DNA from: a candidate division FCPU426 bacterium
GTDB lineage: Bacteria > Oederibacteriota > Muellerivitia > Muellerivitales > DAHXKG01
DNA length: 64,000 nt
Direction of reading: 5' to 3'
Assembly (NCBI GenBank): GCA_027366525.1
Contig: DAHXKG010000008.1
Location: 26,556-90,555 of the forward strand
Below, piece after piece: positions 57,345 through 64,000 of this stretch (positions are counted from its first letter, which is position 1; the number at the start of each line of letters is the position of its first letter). Under the pieces are notes generated by a model that saw only the letters and a program-made list of their open reading frames with translations, did not search any database and had not been told where the DNA came from. A program made the position numbers and the translations under genes.

Positions 57345-59225
57345 ATGAGTTTAGAAGCCTTATATACAGGAGTTTCAGGCCTTCAAGCTACAAGTACTTG
57401 GATGGATATCATTGGGAATAATATTGCCAATAGCAATACTGTTGGATTTAAAAGCAGTCGTGCTATGTTTTCAGAACAGCTAACTCAATTTTTACAATAT
57501 GGAACCAGTCCAAATAATCAATCAGGTAATGGGGGGACGGATTCAGAAGTAATTGGTCTGGGAACGAAACTTCAGGATATTCAAACATTGTTTGTTCAAG
57601 GCCCTACCTTGGAAACGGGTATTTCAACCGACATATCCATTCAAGGCAATGGATTTTTAATTGCTAAGCAAGGCAATCAGACCTATTTAACTCGGGATGG
57701 GCAACTGTCATTTGATGCGAATGGCAATTTGGTAAATGCCTCAGGGGAGCTCATACAGGGATATACAGCGGTGCCTCAGTTTCTAAAAACAGGCCTAAAT
57801 ACCTATTCCAATATTCCAGGACAACCTGCTTTGATTACGGATGCCTCTCTAACGCTCAATACCACAGGAACCATTGGCAATATTCAGATTCCTCAAGATT
57901 TAACCATGCCGCCTAAAGCCACTTCGGAGATTAATTTTAGTGGCAACTTGGATGCATTGCAGCAAGCTAATCAACCTGGTGGAATCGTTGATTTATTTCC
58001 GGGCTTTCCGGCTCCCAATGCTTCGCCGTCCTTGCCATTAGGTTTGGATTTAGCTTATTTTGGGCCTGTAGGCTTAAATCCCCAAAAGGCCCAACCTATT
58101 ATTTTGCCGGGGGGAGGAATTGCAATTCAACAAGTGGGAAATTTAGCAGGTCCAGCCGCTCCAGGATCCTCAACGGTGGAGCCAGTAGTATTGGGTGCGG
58201 TAAATTTAGGGTTCGTTAAAGCCTTTAATAATTTTGCGTGGGATCAAAATCCGCCGATTCCACCTGCCGATGAAACCTCAACCACGGTCTATGATTCGTT
58301 GGGTAACCCGCATCAAATTACCTTTCTCTTCTACCAAGTCAATGATTTAGGTTCCGCAGGTGTCAATAACCCCAATGGGCCTAATCAAGTCGCATATGCG
58401 TGGTATGCGTTTGATACCACGGGGGGCCAAAAACCGACAACAGCAAATTTGTTGGGTGGAACTGGCATTTGGGAAGGTAATTTGTCCAATCCAGGTGGGT
58501 TGACGTTTTATGACCGAAACCAAAATAATTTTTATTTTGGAGATTTGCTCTATTTCAATACGGATGGTTCTTTGGCATCTACCGGTGGTACAGAAGGAAT
58601 TGGAGGACCGGGAGGACTAGCATATCCATCAATTCCTGAAATTTATCTTCCTCCATTCAATTCCAATCCTCCCGTGTCACCGATTCCAACGGATGGTGCG
58701 GAAATTATGGGGATCCAAATTAATTTTGGGACGCCCGGGGTTTTAACACAAGGACAACGAAATGGGTTAATTAGTGATGCGGAAGGCAGCTATCAGGTAA
58801 AAAATGGACAGCAAGTTTATATTCCACAACAAACCGCGTACGTTTCATCACAAAATGGATATCCCGATGGGCAATTAGAGAGCTTGAGTTTTAATCAGAC
58901 TGGTGTAATTCAAGGTGCATTTTCGAATGGTCAAAATGTAAGCTTGGGGCAAGTTGCTTTAGCCAATGTTGAAAATACGGGTGGCCTTAATGCAAATGGA
59001 AACAACCAGTTTACTACCTCGACCAATTCAGGAGCAACTTTTGAAGGGTTGGCAGGACAAAATGGATTGGGGCTAGTCCAGGGAGGAACTCTGGAAGGCT
59101 CTAATGTGAATTTAGCAACGGAACTTTCGAATATGATTATAGCCCAAGAAGCCTTTAATTCAAATGCTCGGACAGTTACAACTGTTAACCAAGTCCTAAA
59201 GGTTTTAGATCAACTCGGTCAATGA
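57345..59225 (+). CDS. flgE: flagellar hook protein FlgE (copy 2, paralog of 19654..21483)
   Basis: N-terminus YTGVSGLQATSTWMDIIGNNIANSNTVGFKSSR and C-terminus GGTLEGSNVNLATELSNMIIAQEAFNSNARTVT. Shares long internal blocks with copy 1 (LFYQVNDLG.AG.N.P......QVAYAWY.F.TTGG). 626 aa with no Cys. Confidence 0.85.
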   Translation: MSLEALYTGVSGLQATSTWMDIIGNNIANSNTVGFKSSRAMFSEQLTQFLQYGTSPNNQSGNGGTDSEVIGLGTKLQDIQTLFVQGPTLETGISTDISIQGNGFLIAKQGNQTYLTRDGQLSFDANGNLVNASGELIQGYTAVPQFLKTGLNTYSNIPGQPALITDASLTLNTTGTIGNIQIPQDLTMPPKATSEINFSGNLDALQQANQPGGIVDLFPGFPAPNASPSLPLGLDLAYFGPVGLNPQKAQPIILPGGGIAIQQVGNLAGPAAPGSSTVEPVVLGAVNLGFVKAFNNFAWDQNPPIPPADETSTTVYDSLGNPHQITFLFYQVNDLGSAGVNNPNGPNQVAYAWYAFDTTGGQKPTTANLLGGTGIWEGNLSNPGGLTFYDRNQNNFYFGDLLYFNTDGSLASTGGTEGIGGPGGLAYPSIPEIYLPPFNSNPPVSPIPTDGAEIMGIQINFGTPGVLTQGQRNGLISDAEGSYQVKNGQQVYIPQQTAYVSSQNGYPDGQLESLSFNQTGVIQGAFSNGQNVSLGQVALANVENTGGLNANGNNQFTTSTNSGATFEGLAGQNGLGLVQGGTLEGSNVNLATELSNMIIAQEAFNSNARTVTTVNQVLKVLDQLGQ

Positions 59226-59340
59226 GTATTCTTGAGTCATTGAATATTTATCAGATAAACCTTAAGTTGACTTTCAAAAATGAAGTAATCATAATACTAG
59301 CTATGTTTTAAAATAAAACTTAGAGAAAACTTGGGGGAAG

Positions 59341-60006
59341 GTGGTTGATATAATGAAATTTTTTTTAGATACAGCGAGTCTTCAGGAAATCCGTGAGGGC
59401 GTAGCTTGGGGCATTGTAGATGGCGTGACCACGAATCCATCATTAGTTGCAAAAGAAGGCGTTGATTTTCATTCGCGGATTAAAGAAATTTGTGAACTAG
59501 TTCCCGATGTTTCGGCAGAAGTAACCGCGACGAATTATGAGGGTATGATTCAAGAAGGTCGCATTTTAGCAAAGTTGCATAATCATGTTACCGTAAAAAT
59601 CCCTTTAATCTCAGAGGGAATCAAAGCTTGTAAAACCTTAAGTCAAGAAAGAATTAAAGTCAATGTAACCCTTTGCTTTTCGGTTTCTCAAGCACTTCTG
59701 GCCGCTAAAGCTGGCGCAACCTATGTTAGTCCTTTTGTGGGTCGGTTGGATGATATCTCCGAAGATGGGATGGAATTAGTGGCAAATATTTTTCAAGTCT
59801 ATCGGAACTATGGATATAAAACACAGATTCTCGCAGCCTCGCTTCGTCATCCCCAACATGTGGTTCAAGCGGCTTTAATCGGTGCGGATGTTGCAACAAT
59901 GCCTTTTAAAGTAATGGAAATGCTCTTTAAGCATCCCTTAACCGACATTGGTTTGAAGAAATTTTTGGAAGATTGGGAAAATAGTAAAAAAAACACCAAG
60001 CGCTAA
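59341..60006 (+). CDS. tal: transaldolase (fructose-6-phosphate aldolase-type, short form)
   Basis: [31 protein letters not shown] is the canonical short-transaldolase/FSA N-terminus (probable start 59353). Confidence 0.85.
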   Translation: MVDIMKFFLDTASLQEIREGVAWGIVDGVTTNPSLVAKEGVDFHSRIKEICELVPDVSAEVTATNYEGMIQEGRILAKLHNHVTVKIPLISEGIKACKTLSQERIKVNVTLCFSVSQALLAAKAGATYVSPFVGRLDDISEDGMELVANIFQVYRNYGYKTQILAASLRHPQHVVQAALIGADVATMPFKVMEMLFKHPLTDIGLKKFLEDWENSKKNTKR

Positions 60007-60020
60007 AATAGGTTTTTAAA

Positions 60021-60056
60021 AAGCCCAAGAGAGCAGTTCTCTTGGGCTTTTTTATT
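60021..60056 (+). terminator. rho-independent terminator after the transaldolase gene
   Basis: AAGCCCAAGAGA-gcagt-TCTCTTGGGCTT followed by TTTTTTATT. Confidence 0.85.
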
Positions 60057-60087
60057 GAGAGCCAAGGATTGAGGGAAGTCAGAGATC

Positions 60088-60309
60088 ATGTTATCGTCAC
60101 TGGGAAAATTATTAATAGGAGCCGGTCTTGTACTAGTCGGGATTGGACTTTTAATGAGCTTGGGCGGGAAAATACCTTTCTTCGGTAAATTGCCGGGTGA
60201 TTTTAAATTTCAAAATCGGAATATGATTATTTATTTCCCGTTTACAACAATGCTTTTGCTCTCCGTACTCGTATCGATTGTATTTTGGATCATTTCTAAA
60301 TTAAAGTAA
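60088..60309 (+). CDS. DUF2905-family small membrane protein
   Basis: 73-aa protein with two TM helices. GKIPFFGKLPGDFKFQ.RN..IYFP matches DUF2905. Confidence 0.6.
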   Translation: MLSSLGKLLIGAGLVLVGIGLLMSLGGKIPFFGKLPGDFKFQNRNMIIYFPFTTMLLLSVLVSIVFWIISKLK

Positions 60310-60405
60310 GTTTCAAAACGGCAGAATAAGTTAGGTCTTTGAGAAAAAAATGAATTGAAGTCAATTCTCGTGATTTTTTGAATTCGCAACGAGGAGCCGA
60401 GAGTA

Positions 60406-61587
60406 TTGTTAAATAATAGACATCAGCTTAAATGGAGGATATTTTTTTTTATTTTTTTATTTGGGGTAACTGGGTGTGTCCCAATTCGGATAAAAATTCC
60501 GGCACGAACATTCACGTATTATCCAGTAAAATCCAAAAAGAACATTCCCAAGATTCAAGTGGCAATTGCCGAACATCAGCATTCAGTTTACTTAACTAGT
60601 CCAAGTGGATTTAAAGTGATCGTTTACCCACACCATCAAATAAATTCAGAAACAGTGGATTATCGGTTGAAGGTAACCTTTAATTTGAAAAGCGCACAAG
60701 AGATGAAAATAATCCCCTTGGGTCCCCTGCCGATTCAAGTGGGCAATCATGCATATCAAGGTAGCATAAAAATAATTCCAGAGCAGGGCAATTCATTTTT
60801 GGTCATCAATAAAATCAATTTGGAATCGTATATTATGGGTGTAGTATCCAAGGAAGTACCGGGAGATTGGCCATTGGCAGCTTTGGAAGCTCAAGCGATT
60901 GCGGCACGCACGTATGCAATTTATGAAAAAGATCAAAATCGTCAACAACAATTGCCTTATGATTTGAAAAACACATCACTATACCAAATGTATTCAGGCG
61001 AAAATCATGTAAATATAAAAATTCATGATGCGGTTATAAAAACCCAAGGTGAAATTATGGAATATCAGGGGTTTCCCATTATGGCGGTTTTCCATGCCAA
61101 TTGTGGAGGTCATACGGATAGTGCATTCAATGTTTGGGGTGAGCATATGGCCTATTTAAAGTCGGTCAATTGTCCTTTTTCTAAAAAAGGAAAACATTTT
61201 TTTTGGGAAACATCAATCCCTATTTCAAAGATTATTCGGAGTTTGAACAGCCACACGGGAATATATATTGCCGGTATTACCTCCATTTATCCATTGAAGG
61301 TCGATCCAACAGGTCGGATTCAGTTATTAGGCATCCGAGATGCTCAAGGGCACTTGAAAGTGATTTCGGGCAATACGTTTCGTATGAGCATCGGGCCGAA
61401 TATTATCCGCAGCACTTTATTTCATGCATATGTGCATGGAAATTCTATAATGTTTAAAGGATATGGATGGGGACACGGTGTGGGATTATGTCAAGAAGGT
61501 GCAATGGAGATGGCTAAAGAAGGATATAGCGATTATCAAATTTTGAAGTATTTTTATCACGACATTACATTTTCAAATGTAGATTGA
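60406..61587 (+). CDS. SpoIID/LytB domain protein (peptidoglycan remodelling, lytic-transglycosylase/amidase-enhancer family)
   Basis: LEAQAIAARTYAIYEKD motif and the conserved downstream HANCGGHT / GHGVGLCQ.GA motifs of the SpoIID/LytB family. Confidence 0.75.
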   Translation: MLNNRHQLKWRIFFFIFLFGVTGCVPIRIKIPARTFTYYPVKSKKNIPKIQVAIAEHQHSVYLTSPSGFKVIVYPHHQINSETVDYRLKVTFNLKSAQEMKIIPLGPLPIQVGNHAYQGSIKIIPEQGNSFLVINKINLESYIMGVVSKEVPGDWPLAALEAQAIAARTYAIYEKDQNRQQQLPYDLKNTSLYQMYSGENHVNIKIHDAVIKTQGEIMEYQGFPIMAVFHANCGGHTDSAFNVWGEHMAYLKSVNCPFSKKGKHFFWETSIPISKIIRSLNSHTGIYIAGITSIYPLKVDPTGRIQLLGIRDAQGHLKVISGNTFRMSIGPNIIRSTLFHAYVHGNSIMFKGYGWGHGVGLCQEGAMEMAKEGYSDYQILKYFYHDITFSNVD

Positions 61588-61597
61588 TTAGGAATTC

Positions 61598-62635
61598 ATG
61601 GAAACTAATTTATTCGATTATTATTTACCCCCGGAATTAGTGGCACAATATCCTCGGAAAAAACGGGAAGATTCACGTATGTTAGTTCTCGATAGACATA
61701 CGGGTCATGTGAGTCATAGTTGGATTCAGGATCTTCCACAATGGTTGCTTCCAGGCGACCGTTTAGTTTTTAATCAAACCCGGGTTATTCCTGCAAGAAT
61801 TTTTGCACGCAAACACACCGGAGCTAAACTTGAAATTTTGCTTTTGCGACCTGTATTTGAAAAGGATAATCAAGATTGGGAAGTACTCATTCAACCCGCA
61901 AAGCGTATCAAGGGAGCATTGGAATTAACTTTAGAAAATGGGAAAAAGATTCAAGTGATAGATAGTTTAGGTGAAGGACATTTTATTGTGAATTTTAATC
62001 AAGTGGGGTCGCTTAAAAAATTTTTAAATCAATATGGGCATGTGCCTCTACCGCCATATATTCGACGATCAGATAATGTCGAAGATCGTGAACGATATCA
62101 AAGCGTGTTTGCAAAACAAGAAGGTTCCTTGGCGGCCCCGACCGCCAGTCTCCATTTTTCAAAAGGACTTTTAAGTCATTTGAACCGCGCTGGAATTAAA
62201 AGCACTCGATTAACGTTGCATGTGGGATTAGGGACATTTTTGCCAGTGATGGCGGAAAATATTGAAGATCATTTGATGCATCCTGAGTGGTTCGAATTAT
62301 CACTCAAAACCGTTTCTGATATTCAAAAGACCCAAAAAGCGCATCAACGGATTGTTGCCGTGGGGACGACGGTAGTACGGGCTTTGGAATCTGCTTGTAT
62401 CGTTGGGAATGGAACGTTAGTTCCTTATATGGGGGAAACCCGTATTTTTATCACACCTGGATTTAATTTTAAAATCACAGAGGCTTTAATAACAAATTTT
62501 CATCAGCCAGCATCAACACTTTTAATGCTAGTTTCAGCATTGGCGGGGCGAGAAAGGATATTAGCTGTTTATGAACAGGCAATGAAAGAAAAATATCGAT
62601 TTTTATCATATGGTGATTGCATGTTGATTCTTTAA
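61598..62635 (+). CDS. queA: S-adenosylmethionine:tRNA ribosyltransferase-isomerase QueA
   Basis: FDYYLPPELVAQYP...SRMLVLDR and VAVGTTVVRALES. Confidence 0.9.
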   Translation: METNLFDYYLPPELVAQYPRKKREDSRMLVLDRHTGHVSHSWIQDLPQWLLPGDRLVFNQTRVIPARIFARKHTGAKLEILLLRPVFEKDNQDWEVLIQPAKRIKGALELTLENGKKIQVIDSLGEGHFIVNFNQVGSLKKFLNQYGHVPLPPYIRRSDNVEDRERYQSVFAKQEGSLAAPTASLHFSKGLLSHLNRAGIKSTRLTLHVGLGTFLPVMAENIEDHLMHPEWFELSLKTVSDIQKTQKAHQRIVAVGTTVVRALESACIVGNGTLVPYMGETRIFITPGFNFKITEALITNFHQPASTLLMLVSALAGRERILAVYEQAMKEKYRFLSYGDCMLIL

Positions 62636-62688
62636 GTTCAGTTGGGAGATCAATGCTTAATTCAGGAATGAATGAAGGATATTTGAAA

Positions 62689-63810
62689 ATGGCACCGTCG
62701 GTTTTTGAAATTGTTTCCCAAGACGCACAGACACAAGCTCGATGTGGAATTTTGAATCTTTCACATGGAGTAGTGGAAACGCCCTGTTATATGCCCGTGG
62801 GCACGCAGGCTTCGGTGAAGGCGTTATCGCCGGAGGATGTCCGGCTATCCGGTGGAGAAATTATTTTAGCCAATACGTATCATTTGTTTTTGCGCCCGGG
62901 GATTAGTGTAATAAAAAAATCGGGCGGGCTTCATAAATTTATGCATTGGAATCATCCAATTTTAACCGATAGTGGGGGTTTTCAAGTATTTAGTCTTTCC
63001 AAATTTAGAAAAATTACAGACGAAGGCGTGGAATTTAAATCACCGTTGAATGGTCAACTGATATTTTTAACTCCCGAAAATGTAATTAGTTATCAACAAC
63101 AATTGAATTCTGATATTATGATGATGTTTGATGAATGTATCCCATATCCGTCTGAAAAAAAATATGTGGAAGAATCCGTTGATCGCACGAATAAATGGGC
63201 TAAACGTTGCTGGGATGCTTATTTGGAAAATGAAACGGATCAATTGTTGTTTGGAATTGTGCAAGGTTCTGAATTTTTTGACTTGAGAGAAAAAAGTGCC
63301 CAAGAACTTTTAAAAATTGGGTTTCAAGGCTACGCGATTGGCGGTGTTTCGGTCGGCGAAACAAAAGAAAAAATTTATGAAGTAGTTCAAAGAACGATTA
63401 ATTTTTTACCAAACCATCAGCCACGATATTTGATGGGGGTGGGAACACCGGAAGATTTGTGGGAATGTGTGCAATTCGGCATTGATATGTTTGATTGTGT
63501 GATGCCCACGCGCGTGGCTCGCAATGGAACGGCTTTAACCCGCAATGGTCGCATGCTTTTAAAAAATGCTTGTTTTAAAGAGGATTTTTTGCCCTTGGAT
63601 GAAGACTGTAGTTGTGAATGTTGTCGAAATTATTCACGGGCATATTTACATCATCTTTTTATGGCTGAAGAATTACTGGTTTTACGGTTGATTAGTTTGC
63701 ATAATCTTCATTTTATGATTGAAGTAATAGGCCAAATTCGAGATTCAATAAAGAAAAATCGTTTTTTAGAAGAGAAAAAAAATTTTTTAGCTCGTTATTT
63801 TTTGCGTTAG
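62689..63810 (+). CDS. tgt: queuine tRNA-ribosyltransferase Tgt
   Basis: The ORF track gives 62617..63810. The ATG at 62689 is preceded by GAAGGA. CGILNLSHGVVETPCYMPVGTQASVKAL and the zinc site CSCECC...H are present. Confidence 0.9.
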   Translation: MAPSVFEIVSQDAQTQARCGILNLSHGVVETPCYMPVGTQASVKALSPEDVRLSGGEIILANTYHLFLRPGISVIKKSGGLHKFMHWNHPILTDSGGFQVFSLSKFRKITDEGVEFKSPLNGQLIFLTPENVISYQQQLNSDIMMMFDECIPYPSEKKYVEESVDRTNKWAKRCWDAYLENETDQLLFGIVQGSEFFDLREKSAQELLKIGFQGYAIGGVSVGETKEKIYEVVQRTINFLPNHQPRYLMGVGTPEDLWECVQFGIDMFDCVMPTRVARNGTALTRNGRMLLKNACFKEDFLPLDEDCSCECCRNYSRAYLHHLFMAEELLVLRLISLHNLHFMIEVIGQIRDSIKKNRFLEEKKNFLARYFLR

Positions 63811-63905
63811 TCTTGTTTTCTTGAAAAACAGTTTAATTTGTAGTAATTTGACTAGTTAATATGATGACTTTTACCTTAACATCAGTGGGGGAGAGGAAAT
63901 AGTTA

Positions 63906-64000
63906 ATGACAGTGGAAACATATTCAAGCACTTGGGCCTCGGATGGCCAGTCGGATATTGGTAAAGATTCCTGTGGAGTTGGGTTCGTTACTCAAATAAA
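63906..64000 (+). CDS. gltB: glutamate synthase large subunit, 5' end (continues beyond the window)
   Basis: MTVETYSSTWASDGQSDIGKDSCGVGFVTQI contains the Ntn-amidotransferase catalytic Cys in the CGVGF context. GGGGAGAGG RBS upstream. Truncated by the window edge. Confidence 0.5.
   Translation, partial: MTVETYSSTWASDGQSDIGKDSCGVGFVTQI

Noticed and set aside
63811-63905. Possible hairpin after tgt (CTTGTTTTCTTGAAAAACAG)
   Set aside because: The stem is imperfect and no T-tract follows. The region mainly provides the gltB RBS.
1-64000. CRISPR arrays, rRNA genes, IS elements, integrases or prophage genes
   Set aside because: No spaced direct repeats, no rRNA-like sequence, and no transposase or integrase-like ORFs were seen. 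The window appears to be core chromosome with accessory islets.

Overview
Low-GC (about 38 percent) bacterial chromosomal window, densely coding, with three themes.

(1) A large late-flagellar gene cluster runs from 1 to about 24.1 kb on the + strand, in this order:
- the 3' end of fliA
- a FapA/DUF342-like gene
- three unknown ORFs
- an flhB-C-terminal-like gene
- two FadL/PorV-family outer-membrane barrel genes carrying extra Ig-like/FN3 domains
- flgF, flgG, flgA, flgH, flgI
- a rod-binding-only flgJ
- a yvyF-like zinc-ribbon gene
- flgM, flgN, flgK
- a repeat-containing fliK sitting where flgL is expected
- flgD, a small flagellar-operon gene, flgE and a terminator
- an NHL-repeat lipoprotein gene, flbD and an S/T/Q-rich unknown.

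(2) A T9SS-like module, comprising:
- a secreted protein with a Thr/Pro linker and a Por-type C-terminal sorting domain (24.1-25.2 kb)
- two PorV/PorQ-like barrel genes directly after it
- tRNA-Phe
- a GH5 cellulase with the same linker and sorting domain (35.5-37.4 kb)
- a DUF2723 (GIAHPPGYPL motif, O-mannosyltransferase-like) TPR membrane protein.

(3) A minus-strand sigma-54 unit (41.8-49.2 kb), comprising:
- a sensor kinase
- an NtrC-type regulator
- a duplicated cassette of TPR protein plus Pro/Phe-rich secreted tandem-repeat protein, each small gene preceded by a TGGCAT-N5-(T/A)TGC promoter
- a TPR protein with a putative C-terminal beta-barrel.

A second flgE paralog (57.3-59.2 kb) sits immediately downstream of a bacterial SET-domain methyltransferase.

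Housekeeping genes include pgm/pmm, rlmH, a dinG-like helicase, ruvB, an MCP, an isochorismatase-family gene, a DUF445 gene, rnhC, a hemerythrin-like gene, a fatty-acid desaturase, an aldo-keto reductase, a Pat-like ADP-forming acyl-CoA synthetase/GNAT fusion, a Crp/Fnr regulator, msrA, transaldolase, a DUF2905 gene, a SpoIID/LytB gene, queA, tgt and the start of gltB.

No rRNA, CRISPR array or obvious mobile element was seen. Flagella combined with Por-type sorting domains suggests an FCB-group-like lineage (for example Ignavibacteria- or Calditrichia-like). That assignment is inference only.
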